NCBI RefSeq assembly: GCF_006345805.1
Contig: NC_043002.1
Span: 100,998,001-101,062,000, forward strand
Direction: 5' to 3'
Length of the DNA: 64,000 nt
Source of the DNA: Octopus sinensis
Lineage: Eukaryota
Part shown: positions 38,870 to 52,254 of the stretch, in pieces
Layout of the letters: every line of letters begins with the position of its first letter
How positions within the stretch are numbered: the stretch's first letter is position 1
Position numbers and translations under genes: made by a program
Notes under the pieces: model-generated
What the model was told of the DNA's origin: nothing
What the model saw: only the letters and a program-made list of their open reading frames with translations
The model's database searches: none

Positions 38870-39720
38870 AGCTTCTCTGTTTCGATCCAATGGGTGAAGA
38901 AGTTTTCTTTTTATCCGTCAAAAAAGTCGTCAACAGGAGAATAGGAAGGGTGATTAAACAGTTCTAAACAACATTCACACGTATCAGCTATTGAAAATAA
39001 CGACTGTGTTTCAGTACTGTTCTGATGAAACAAAACATATTTTGTCAGTTTTCCTGGGAGCTTGGTCTTGACAGTCTTTCGTAACGACCTCAACTTCGCT
39101 TAGTATTCTCTATCGATGGTATTGCCCTTTTGAAGATAGTCAATAAACACACTATCTTCATCTTTTCAGAACTTGAAACCTTCATCTTCCTTGGCTTTCT
39201 TCGGAGCAGGTGAGGAGGGGTGTTTCCAGTACATGGAATGTTTCATTGACTCTGTCTAAAAGTGATGAATATAATGCACTCCTGATTTCAAGGAAACCAG
39301 CTGAATTTGCCTCATACAATGTCAGATATTCCCGTGATGTGATCAGCTTGTTGCGCTTTTGATCAGGTGTCAGATGACGTTAGTCCCACCGGGCAGAAAC
39401 CTCCATCATGCAAAGTCTAATGTTCGGAATATGATCAATTCTCTCATAGGATATGCGAATCTCATTGGCTGTTTGGTTTATCGTCAATCGCCTCTCATCC
39501 ATTATCATGGGTTGAACACTATCAATGTTTTCGTTGATGGTGGTAGTTGCAGGACGTTCAAACATTGGGTCATATTCAAGACCCTCACTTCCCCTCCTGA
39601 ATTCAGCTGCCCACTTTTGCACTGTTGGTTGATAAAGCTGGGTTATCACCCCCAAATATAGCAATCATGCCAGCAGGAATATCCTCGGCACCAGATTCCT
39701 TCACTGCAAATACTTGATAA
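38870..39720 (-). mobile_element. Decayed mariner transposase
   Basis: TVQKWAAEFRRG...ERPATTTINENID...VSARW, IDYLQKGNTI and NHPSYSP motifs. Confidence 0.75.
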
Positions 39721-40209
39721 TATTTATTCCTTTTCAAGAAAAAAATCATAATTACTTTTGAAAACTACTTTGATCACTCAGATGTCAGTTTACCCGAAGA
39801 AAAACAAGCAATAAACATCAATAAACCAGACATGCAGTTATTAATATGAAGATTTGAAATTAATGCATTCAATTTATCGCTGCTCTATTATCACTCCTTC
39901 ATTGTCAGCCTATGAACTTTCCTCGTATGTGTTTCCATATCGGAGGTTTATTCTAGAACATGAAAATCGAAACTAGTGATTTGCAAAGATAATCGCTTGA
40001 TTTATTCTTAGAATTAGCACCCCGGTATCTATCTACACACACACACGCACACACACATACACACACAGAAACACACACACACACACACATACATACACAC
40101 ACACATATATATATATATATGTATGTATATGTGTGTGTGTCTATATATATATATAGAGAGAGAGAGACACACAAGAAGTGTACTGTATATATACATATAT
40201 ATAACTTAG

Positions 40210-41045
40210 AAAGGTTTTGGCCAGTATTGGCCCAGGCCATGTCTAACTTAATAGCTCCACCTGGCGAAGTCTTTCAATTCAGGATTTGGGTACCAAGGCC
40301 TATTCGAGCAGAGAGTTATTGTTTGCGGAGACATATCCGGGTGTGGGTGTTTGAAGGAATTTGCCCAAAGACTTCTTGAATTTTGTGTGGTCAGTTTCTG
40401 TTTTGACGTGTCCTGGTGTAATATTGAAGAGAGCGGGTTCAATTGAGGTGAAATAATTGTGCCGTATTGTTGTTATGAGATGCGAATTAAATTTTTGTTG
40501 TGGACGGATGGCACGTGGTCCAAACCTTGGATGTATTTTGAAGGTGATGCCAACATCATTTGGACAGTACTGATGGAATATTTTCTACATCATACAGATA
40601 ATGTAGCGTTCACGGTGTCGTTGGAGTGAATACAGTTTCAGCTTTTCTAGTCGACCCCAGTAGTCGAGGTCTGACATGCCATCTATCTATTTTGTGATTG
40701 ACCTTTGGGGAGCTTCAATTCTCATAATATTTTGTTTCGTGTAGGGAGACCACAGTGGACAGCAGTATTCCAGGTGGGGTCGAGCAAACGTGGAGAAGGG
40801 AAGGATAATGGTGTGGGAATCTCTCGGCTGGAAGGTTCAGAGAATCCAGGAACACATTCTGCGGGCCATGTCAACTTTGCTGCTTATATGTGTTGCCCAG
40901 CTTATGTTGTTGTCCACAGTTACTCCCAAGTCTCTGATGTTGTTAGACGGCATGAGAATTTCTCCAGAAGGAAGGGAGTTTCAGAATGTCCTCCCTTCCA
41001 AAGTGGATCAGTTCGAATTTGTCTTCGTTTAGCAACATGTTGTTC
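40210..41045 (-). mobile_element. CR1-like LINE 3' end
   Basis: NEDKFELIHFG...IRDLGVTVD...RPHLEYCCPLWSP...LDYWGRLEKLKLYSLQR. Confidence 0.85.
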
Positions 41046-41084
41046 TTTTCCGCCCATAATATATATATAATGTATATATGTATG

Positions 41085-41153
<69 letters not shown>

Positions 41154-41444
41154 TGTTCTTCAAATTTTCTTTGACGTATCTAAAATATTTTTCCTATATT
41201 AACAAAGTCAAACATCCAACTTAATTTAACTTAATCCAACTTAATTTAGATTCTTGGCCGTGCATAATGTCCTTGAGCGATTTACTTTATTTCACATTGC
41301 CCCCATTCCATTGAGCAGGAAAAATTAGTTGTACTTGTAATTCAAAGAATTCGCTCTATCCCATTCTGAAACTACGATAATGGCACGCGTGCCTCTGATG
41401 TTCTCAGCCACTTACACGTCAGTTTTATGAGCAGGAGTTTCTTC

Positions 41445-42096
41445 TTTCTTTATTGCCCACAAGGGGCTAAACATACAGGGAACAAACAAGAAGAGACAAG
41501 CGGATTAAGTCGATTATATCGACACCAGTGCGTAACTGGTACTTAATTTATCGACCCCGAAAGGATGAAAGGCAAAGTCGACCTCGGCGGAATTTGAACT
41601 CAGAACGAAACGGCAGACGAAATACCTATTTCTTTACTACCCACAAGAGGCTAAACACAGAGGGGACAAACAAGTACAGACAAACGGATTAAGTCGATTG
41701 CGTCGACCCCAGTGTGTCACTGATGCTTAATTTATCGACCCCGATAGAATTAAAGGTAAAGTCGACCTCGGCGGAATTTGAAATCAGAACGCAGCAGCGG
41801 TCGATTTACTACAAAGCACTTCGCCCGGCGTGCTAACGATTCTGCCAGCTCGCCGCCTTTACCTATTTCTTTACTACCCACAAGGGGCTAAACACAGAGG
41901 GGACAAACAAAGACAGGCAAACGGATTAAGTCGATTACATCGTCCCCAATGCGTAACTGGTACTTAATTTATCGACCCCGAATGGATAAAAGGCAAAGTC
42001 GACCTCAGCGGAATTTGAACTCAGAGCGTAACGTCAGACGAAATACGGCTACGCATTTCGGCCGGCGTGCTAACGTTTCTGCCAGCTCACCGCCTT
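41445..42096 (-). mobile_element. Three head-to-tail SINE family B copies
   Basis: CCCACAAGGGGCTAAACA...GTCGACCTCRGCGGAATTTGAA repeated three times. Confidence 0.85.
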
Positions 42097-42665
42097 ACGA
42101 GTAGAAGTTTATGTCGAGCAGATCAAGAGGAATACTCGACGTTGTAACCGGTTTCATGCCAATTTTACACTTATAACCGAAGAGAATGCTTCAAATAGCT
42201 TTCATGCGACCGGTGTATATGTCAATTGAAATGCCTGCTATCTCTCCTTAAAATCGAGGCACAGAACATACACACATTTACTTTAATCTATTCCGATTTT
42301 AGGAATATGAACTCAAGATATAAAATTCCTAATAAATTACGTTTAATAAATATATAGTCAAGAAAGATTCTGATTGAAACGGTTAACTTGCAAAATAGTT
42401 AGCACGCCCAGGCAAAATGTTTATCGGAATTCTTTCTGCTTTTCGGATTTGACTTCAAGTTCTGCTGAGGTTGACTTTGCATTTGAAGCCTTCCAGGTCA
42501 ATAAATTAAGTAGCTATGGTGAATTAGAGTCGATATGATCGAATTACACGATCCCCTAAAATTGCTGGCCTTTTGCCAGTCTTTAGCAATTATAGGTATG
42601 ATTAAGTCAAGTACAGTTACTTTATAGAGTAATCTAGATATTGCTTGCTTTCTTATCAACAACAG

Positions 42666-42808
42666 TTTGTCGGCAGAATGATGGCAAATGTGTTGGGAAC
42701 AGTGAAACTTGGCCACTCTTAAAAGACGGTGAATGTTGGACTCGCAGGTGCAAAATTTGGGAAGATAAACGCATTGAAATCATATCAGAATTAGCGGAAA
42801 ATTGTTAA
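42666..42808 (+). CDS. Novel secreted Cys-rich protein, coding exon 3 (module 2 and stop)
   Basis: TTTCTTATCAACAACAG acceptor in the required phase; (F)CRQNDGKCVGNSETWPLLKDGECWTRRCKIWEDKRIEIISELAENC*; paralogous to exon 2; GTAAGT donor 5 nt after the stop. Confidence 0.88.
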
Positions 42809-44676
42809 GTAAAGTAAGTATATATTTTAAGCTATCTAATTTAGTTTATTCCCCTCCACGTTACTGTTGAGTTGCCCTCGTAACACACGTCCTCTTCTAT
42901 TCCACTTCTAACTCCAGTTAGCTTTCATTCAGATATAAAAATACAATCGTAAATATTTTCAGTTACATGTTCCAACTGAAAATATGTGTCTTTTTTTGTC
43001 GGGCTACAGATTGATAAAATATGGTCGGTAGAAGGTTAGCTTCTGGTACCAATATCCAAAAGTCAAGTTTCTTCCATGTGCTTTTCGATCCTGAAGTTTC
43101 TGGATCGTGGTGTCAAGTGTATATAGACATATAGTACGTTAAACTTAATAGCACCAAATGGATATAATCTGTTAAGTTTTCTGGTATCGTAACATTCAAA
43201 TAGCGAGACGATATTGACTGAGACTTATCCAGGCATAGATAGCTTATCTCCCATCCTTTCAAGAAATTTGTTCAGATACCATTGGAAGTAATGGGATCGA
43301 TTTCCTCTTTGAATTGCTTTGCAATCATGTCAAATACTGCAGAGACATTTGGAGAAAATGTAATTTGGTTGTCCTGTAAGAGGGTCAGCTGAAGCTTTCA
43401 AAGGCCGACCAAAATACTCTCATGGAATGTGACCAAAGAGTTTTAATTTTTAACATATTCCGGTCAACACTTTTCTTCCATTGGTGTTGCAATTATTCTA
43501 AAGAATAATATGTATCACAGAGTATTCACAGCGTACAGTGAATAGCATGAGAAAAAAGATGTCATGACTTGGTCGTTGAATAAATGACCATTTCTGAATA
43601 TTTAAGTTTTGTATCTATTACCTTTTAGTTGGGATATGAGGCTGTAATCTGTCCTAGTAGAAATGTCTAGTGGCGCAGAGCATTTCGGGCCAGAGCCAAC
43701 CATAAGTATGACTACAAACATAAGATATTTTGTGAACATAATAAATAACAGAACTCTCACCTCTTAGACACATTAGCAGAGACAATAAAGTTCAATCTAA
43801 GCAAGGGACTTATAATTAAGAAAAATCTACGTTGATATTCCTAATATAAGGGTGCTAGGGGATCAAAGAAAATCATCATCATTAAGCCGGGAACAACAAT
43901 TTTTGACCTTACACAACTTTATTGATATAATTAGGTAGATAAGTTATATTTTTATTAAATATAACTCGTCCAGAAACTAGCTGATACCATCACGTATAAA
44001 CTACATGTGTGTGTATGTATGTTTGTCTTTGTGTTTGTCCCGCTCCACTGCTTGACAACCTGTGTTGGTGTGTTTACGTGCCCTGTAACTTAGTGGTTCA
44101 ATATATAGTGCCTATATGTTTGTCATGTGTTTGTATTTGTCTAAATTGAGCAGGAAAAAAACCCCGAAGTATATTTTAATTCATCAATGAGATTAACCTG
44201 CTTGATAAATCTATGCAGCTGGAAATTGAATGTAGCGCAGTCATAACTTTATTGTTTAATGGCATTTAATTGCAGTAAAATTTACAGTTTTATAATTAAC
44301 GACGCTAACCAAATTTATTTGGTAATAATTGTTCTTGCTATATATATATATATATATAAATAAATGTTCTATATTTTTTCTACTTTTATAGAAATATAAA
44401 CAGATCGATCTAAATCTGAAACCATTGTCGAAACCAAAACGAAAATCAGTTTGCTATAAACTGATAAAGAAGAAGAATTATACCGGATTAAGATATTAAC
44501 ATTATCTCATATAATCTCCACTGAAACAGGTGTATTAATTAACGTAATAAACTAATTTCCGAATGAACACCTCTATTTCTTTCTGTTTTGTTTTTCTTTT
44601 GTGATCTTTATAACAGTTAGAAACCAATAGAAGGAAATTTTGATTAAAAAGCAGGTGTATGTATAACAGGTGTATG

Positions 44677-44708
<32 letters not shown>

Positions 44709-44752
44709 TGTATGTATGTATGTATGTATGTGTATGTATGTATGTATGTATG

Positions 44753-44785
<33 letters not shown>

Positions 44786-44794
44786 TTCTCTCTC

Positions 44795-44848
<54 letters not shown>

Positions 44849-45486
44849 ACATTGATGAACAACAATTGATTTGCATCAATTATTATTTATTAATAATTTA
44901 CAAAGGACTGAATCCCGTCTAACATCTGTTTCTACTGCCAATGTTCTTTGGACTGACCATGATGATGCTAACAGAATATTAATAATAGTTGGTATTAAAA
45001 CCGATTTGAATCATGGAGCTTCATCAGAGGTAATTAATTAGAGGTAATGTTAGATGGCATGCAGTCTTTTGTAAATTATTAATAAATATTAATTGATGCA
45101 AAATAATTGTTGTTCATCAATGGTTTCTCCATTTTCTGTTTTCTTTAACTTTTGATTCCTGATAAACTCCTGTTTATCCTTGTGTTATGAGCATAACGTC
45201 TTAACCCTTGTTTAGGTATAGGTAATATACCGGTAGTATTTTGGATAGTTTTATCCCTTAGACGGTTATTTTAACCTCTAACTCAACTAACCTTACACAC
45301 ACACATATATATAAGCATATTACTCTACCTTCGATATTCGTGTATTATTTTTTTTCCACCTTGTATCCCATTTATGTGGTTACTCTGGTATACACATGTA
45401 TATGTGTGTAATGGCGTATACATATCAGTATATATATATATATATATATATCAAATAAAATTAAAAATACGAACGCAAAGGATGTC

Positions 45487-45533
45487 GCGGTACACGTGTT
45501 TCAAGCTTTATAAACGACTTCTTCTTACATCAG
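45487..45533 (-). ncRNA. Degenerate hammerhead-like motif
   Basis: AAG...CUU-GAAA-CACGUG-UA-CCGC; palindromic stem III intact, CUGANGA core disrupted. Confidence 0.3.
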
Positions 45534-46349
45534 TGTATAATAGATATAAAAGATGGTTTAAAGCTCTCTTCAGCTGCATGCATTGTTATTCCAAAGAGTT
45601 AAATCACACTACGAAAAGTACATGTAGTATTATCCATAATAATAGGTATATCATATCTCCCTGAGAAAGTGTATTTGCAAAATTTCACAACCAAATAGGC
45701 GTGTAGGGTATCATTGGATTTCGAAAACCTGTCCATACTGCATCACCAGTCAACATATAGTGAATGTTAAATAGATTTGAATGGGTTCATTCCCCTTGTA
45801 AGGAAATAGAAATAAAGAGAAGGAAAGAAGAAAAATAGGGAGAACATGGAGAGGAAAGAAAATAGATAGAAAGAATAGAGAGAAAAGACAGAGGGGAAAT
45901 AGAGATAAAGAAAGAAAAGGGAGAAAAATGAAGGTTTTAAGAAAATAGAGAGAGAAAACTTTAAAGATAGAAACAAGGTAAGGGGACAATGTAAGTAAAG
46001 GATAAGGGTAATAAAGTTAGAAAAAAGATAATAATGTTAGAACCGCATATACACTCGCAAAAACATCACAACTTCTAAGTGTCTATCTCGTTTTGGGGGA
46101 TATAACAGTTTTAATTAATTAATTAATAATTTAAATGCAAAGATAAAACATAAACGATAAAAAATTAGAAAAATAAAATAAAATAAAAATAACAATAAAA
46201 TCAGAAAGATAAGAAAAGTACAAAGCAAAGATTATAATCGCAATAATACTGGTGATCATAATATAGTTACAATATTACAATATAATATTGATTGGAAAAT
46301 ATATATTGGTTGGAGAGATTTCAATATTATCTACTATGTAAAATATACT

Positions 46350-46660
<311 letters not shown>

Positions 46661-46738
46661 TATGTACGCGACTGTGAGGATTTGTATCCCAACGTAGAAT
46701 TTAAGATGTAACACATGTCCTTGAAGTAGTAATTGTGC

Positions 46739-46816
46739 GCGGCTGAAGAAGGCCATAGACACACATTATGCATTGTTATAAATCCGTCTAATAAAGGCCC
46801 GAACCATATGTACCGC
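46739..46816 (+). ncRNA. Hammerhead-like motif with mutated GAAA
   Basis: GCGG-CUGAAGAA-GGCC...GGCC-CGAAC-CAUAUG-UA-CCGC; stems I and II pair. Confidence 0.45.
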
Positions 46817-47607
46817 TGAATCCTTGGCATCATGTTTTTATTTTGATTAATATATATGTATATATATTTATAAATGAGGGTGAAAAATTGATATTAATTT
46901 AATAATACCATTCATTTAACACCGAGTGGCTTAGCACAAAAAACTACGGAGAAAATACAAATTTATACATAAATTATTATGTGGATAACTCTAGTGCTAA
47001 AAATAGCCCCGATAGTATAGCCACAGAAAAAAGATGTTTCCAACTAGAAGTAACATACATTTAACGGAAGGAAAGTGAAATACAACGAATATATATATAT
47101 ATATATATATATGTATAGCGGTAGAAACAGTATATATACCCAAATGTAGTATTTATCTAAAAGTGGACGTGATAGAACAGAGAATCCTGCGTTCTTTACT
47201 CTGAGAGAACCCTTCATATGGAAATGTGAGGCATAACAATACTGTCGCTATTAATTGCTGTTTAATTAGCCCACTGACTCCTTACGACACCAATGATGTT
47301 ACTAGAACTAATCAATATGAACTTGCCCGAGACTGTCCTTGGTTTTATACTATATACTTCCTGTTTAAAGCGATAGAAGTCTTAAAACCTTCCTCCAACA
47401 TTTTATGTTTACTTATGTCTTTGACTCTTGCTTCATAATGACAAAATAATTTAATTAAACTTTTCGTTATCTTCAAAGTTCATTGAAATAAATGCAGCGC
47501 ATTTCAACGGAAATATGATGAAAAATAAATCATAAATAGGAACAAATCCATAATTTTGAATTAGTTATTGGGAAAAAGAGTCAATATGTATTATTATTAT
47601 AATTATA

Positions 47608-47657
<50 letters not shown>

Positions 47658-47814
47658 CATCATCATCATCATCATTATTGAGTGAGAGAGCAGTGCATGC
47701 CATCAAAGTGACACTGGAGTAAAATATACGAAGCCCAGTATACCCATCATGACTACCCGTCTGATAAGGGTACACTAGGCACATGCATCACAACCATATG
47801 TGCGCGACATGGTG

Positions 47815-47879
<65 letters not shown>

Positions 47880-47882
47880 TAC

Positions 47883-47918
<36 letters not shown>

Positions 47919-49271
47919 GTTCCAAAGATAAAGGTGTGACTTTGTAGTCTCTCAGATTCGTGTGTGTTGCTTGGATTATCAAATACGTACACATCGATAA
48001 GTCTTTAAAGACAGAACTCATCATTATTCCCTATTCAGGAAGAATGCATAATATGCATGGAGTCATTGACCTTTGTGAGAACATAAACACCTCTAGATTC
48101 CCGTCCACCAGTGCAATCTGACAAACCAGTTCTGTATTTTTAAATTTTTTTCCCTATACGTCACAGATGTTTGTCCTTTTGAAATTGTAATATATTGTTC
48201 AAATTATTATTTATGTTTTTTTTTAATATTTACTTAAAACGCAGTACGAAAATCAACCAACATTTACGAACATCAAAAAGACATTTATTATATAATAGAG
48301 GATGGAGAAAAGAGAAAATGCTTGAAATCAAACATTTTTCTTTTATCATTTCGTATTTGTGTAATGTGAATTATGATCGATTATCGATTATCGATGGTAC
48401 TTGACCTCGATATTACAACAGAATTGACATAAATAGAAGCTTTGAAGTAATCAATAGTTCTCATTGATTTTCTACTATAAATTATTGATCTATATGATCT
48501 GAAATAATATTTTTTAAAGTTTGATGTACCATAAGTTGGGTAGAATCCACTAACTAATAAAATATTAATATTGACTCACACCTAAAAGATGAAATAATAA
48601 AACTAGACTAAATGTTACTCGTGTTTAGGTGTAAGATTTGCAACACATAGAGAAGGCCACAAATTTATAGGGTGGAGTATAGTCAATAAAAATAAAACCT
48701 ACATTTAATTGGTTTAACTAGGATGCACAAAAAACAAAGTCATCAATACCGGCGGGATTCAAAGAAACGTAGAGACGTCGGTAAATACTGTAAATTGAGT
48801 GATTCAATATAATAAAAACTTGTTGACGGAAAATGTGAAAAACCCGTCATATATATAATGGTGTACAAACAATTTAACAATTTAACTTATTTATACACAA
48901 AAGAGGTGACCTTACATGCTGGAAAAGGCAGTTAAAGCCCAAACCACGAATAAGGACAATTTCAAAGGGAATGGAAATTAAAATGAATTTTGTAGGTACC
49001 CTTAGATTCGAATCGCTGCATGAATGTGCAAATAGCACTGAAAATATACGTGTTATATAATCATATATTATAAGTTTCAAATACACCGCTCAACCGCAGT
49101 AACATTCGGTAATATATATATATATATATATATACGGAGATGTACTTGCATAGCGAGTGACTTGATCTGAGATCGTGTGCTGGAACGAAAACAATTGCAG
49201 CGTGGAAGGTGTTTATAAGCCATTTAAGAAACACACAAAACCGTTAGATTCACTTCAACATTTAAATTTAA

Positions 49272-49322
49272 TTTGTCAAAATATTTTCGTCGCTTTCAGA
49301 CCGCGACCTGTTCACTGACAAA
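49272..49322 (-). ncRNA. Hammerhead motif, G3:C8 core variant (left arm)
   Basis: UUUGUCA-GUGAACA-G-GUCGC(GGUCUGAAA)GCGAC-GAAA-AUAU-UU-UGACAAA. Confidence 0.6.
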
Positions 49323-49341
49323 ACTTCTTGCAGCAAGAGTT

Positions 49342-49392
49342 TTTGTCAGTGAACAGGTCGCGGTCTAAAAGCGGCGAAAATATTTTGACAAA
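49342..49392 (+). ncRNA. Hammerhead motif, G3:C8 core variant (right arm)
   Basis: Same fold; stem II GUCGC/GCGGC with one G.U pair. Confidence 0.6.
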
Positions 49393-49503
49393 TTAAATTT
49401 AAATGTTGAAGTGAATCTAACGGTTTTGTGTGTTTCTTAAATGGCTTATAAACACCTTCCACGTAGCAATTGGTTATATACATATACACACACACACATA
49501 TAT

Positions 49504-49537
<34 letters not shown>

Positions 49538-49628
49538 ATTTTAGTATTTTTCTACCTTGTCTTATTTTCCTTATACATACATACAAACATACATATATAC
49601 ATATGCATACACATACATATACATACAT

Positions 49629-49702
<74 letters not shown>

Positions 49703-50116
49703 GAAATGAGGTACTCAGAATTCGGATGGTTTTATATTTACAGATATTTATTTGTATATTACATGTTTTTATACATCATATAACATATAACATATATCAT
49801 ATATTAGCGCTTTCGTCCATTATGGTGGATTTTTCAAATTGCGTCCATTCTGGTGAATTTTTCAAATTGAACTATATATGAAGGGGAATTTTCCTTGTGT
49901 TGAATGTCTTGTACCCTGTTTTTTCGTTGCTTAAAATGATGTCCGCTTCCATGATTCTGTTTTTACGTTTTCGTTTCTCATTGTGTTCGACGTTTTTTTG
50001 GTGTTTTGTACCTAAATATGCATGTATACATACATATAGATGTAGGTATGTACATATATGTATGTATATATGCCTATGTTTTATTTATATTTTGTTATAT
50101 ATATATATATATATAT

Positions 50117-50404
50117 ATCAACAATCAAGGAACGGCCATAATAGGCCATTCACCCACTAGAAATAACAGCCAAAGCTTCAACCGCAAATAAGATTAATTC
50201 CGTAAACAGGAGAAAATTAAAAACATTTACCCTGTAATTTCTTGTACGATGCACCGTTGAAACGGTGCATCGTACAAGAAATTACAGGGTAAATGTTTTT
50301 TAAATTTTCTCCTGTTTACGGAATTAATCTTTATTTGCGGTTGAAGCTTTGGCTGTTATTTCTAGTGGTGAATGGCCTATTATGGCCGTTCCTTGATTGT
50401 TGAT
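50117..50404. repeat. Near-perfect palindrome (about 143-bp arms, 2-nt spacer)
   Basis: ...GTACGATGCACCGTT GA AACGGTGCATCGTAC...; abuts a (TA)n tract. Confidence 0.95.
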
Positions 50405-50536
50405 GTTGAACTTAAAAATGGTCTATGACTATTTAATTTTTTCCCACTAGGCCGCTGGTGGCAAAAAGAATTCTACAAAATTTTTTTGCCACCCTATATT
50501 GATTAATTATATATATATATATATATATATATTATA

Positions 50537-52179
50537 CAGTTGCGACCAAAATGTTCAGAACGGCATTGTTTTCGTCAGAAAAGTAGATATAATTTTTTAT
50601 TAAAGTTGTTTTATATTCTATAATTTTCACAGATAATAGATACGATATAATTTGTTATTGTCTGAGATTTCGGTGTAATTTGAGAGGATAATAAAGACGT
50701 TGTGGATGATTTAGTGATTTACTGCAAAACCCATGGCAGCCAAAATGATCAGAACGGTTGCTTTTACTCCATGTTTTAGTATATTTAACGGTCGAACTCT
50801 AAAATTTTGAATTTTTTTACGTGACAGTTCGTTTACTAAACATTAGTAAGAATATCTGCAGTGTACTTTGTTAATATAGTGTCACTTACTCCGTTACCAA
50901 TTCGTCAGCAGATTATTAAGCTTCGAAAGAAGGATAATTTAAGTATTAGGTCTATTGCAAAGATTGTTAACAAGCCTAAAAGTGTTGTTCACGGTATTCT
51001 TAAGGTCTACGATGATTGTGGTTCGTGTTAAGCAAGAAAGTCTACAGGTAGGCCAAGAAAAACGACCAAGAGAGAAGATCGTGCTATGGTAAAGCTGGTT
51101 AAAAAGGACAGATTTAAAACTGCTGCTGCTGTTTTTCGGGAAATGAGCATTGTACTGAAGAAAACTTTATCTCGAAAAACTGTCTCGTCCTTTAGTTGAA
51201 CATGACCTACAAGTAAGAGCACCTGCAGTGAAGCCACTGATCAGCTCCAAGAATAAAAAGTGCCGTCTTACCATTGCAACCGAACATGTGTTGTGGTCTC
51301 AAAAAAATGGCAAACGGTGCATTTCAGTAATGAATCTAAGTCTATGTTATTTGGCTCAGATGGGAAAAGGTACGTTCGTCGAAAAGCAGGTGAAAAATTG
51401 TCACCTAAATGCCTTAAGACTAGTGTTAAATTCAGTGGAGGAAGTGTCATGGTTTGGGGGATGATATCTGGAGATGTTGTGGGCCCTTGTCTGCGATTAC
51501 ATAGAAAGGTAAATGCAGGAGTTTATAAACAACTTGTAAAAGATCATGTCTTGCCTGTGCTGAGAAATTCAACTAAGCGACCACCCATATTCATGCAGGA
51601 CAATGCCCCATGTCACAAGGCTAAGGTGGTCATGAACTTCCTCAAGGCTGAAAAGGTTATTGTTATGGATTAGCCTGCTCAAAGCCCAGATCTCAATCCT
51701 ATTGAAAATGTGTTGAATATTCTAGGAGAATGTTTGAAAGCCAGAAATCCTAAAATAACCGAGTAATTATGGAATGCCCTTCAGGAAGAATGGAATAAGA
51801 TCACCCAGCAAGAAATTGAAAATTTAATTTCCCCATGTAGTCGAAAATGTCAAACTTTGATTAAAGCTAAAGGGCTTCACACTAAATATGAAATAATTCC
51901 AGCATTCTCTGTCACTTTTTGATTATTTTGTTATTTTTTCAACCGTTCTGATCATTTTGGCCACCATGGGCTTTGCAGTAAATCACTATATCATCCATAA
52001 CTTTTGTATTCTCCACTCACATTACACCAAAATCTCAGACAATACCAAGTAATATCGTATTTATCGTGTGTGAAAATTATAAAATACAAAACAACTTTAT
52101 ACAAATATAAAGTTATATTATACCTACTTATACCTACTTTTCTGACAAAAACAATGCCGTTCTGAACATTTAGTCGCAA

Positions 52180-52182
<3 letters not shown>
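50537..52182 (+). mobile_element. Full-length defective Tc1 element with long TIRs
   Basis: TA|CAGTTGCGACCAAAATGTTCAGAACGGCATTG...CAACTG|TA; TGRPRKT, FMQDNAPCH and PAQSPDLNPIEN motifs; in-frame stops; first Asp reads N (FSNES). Confidence 0.92.

Positions 52183-52254
<72 letters not shown>

Larger units (their letters stand above)
49192..49472. repeat. Near-perfect palindrome (about 140-bp arms, centre 49332) between (TA)n tracts
   Basis: CAATTGC...TCTTGC A GCAAGA...GCAATTG. Confidence 0.95.

Noticed and set aside
48039-48090. EECIICMESL, RING-like start after an acceptor
   Set aside because: Stops after 15 codons and the remaining RING ligands are absent.
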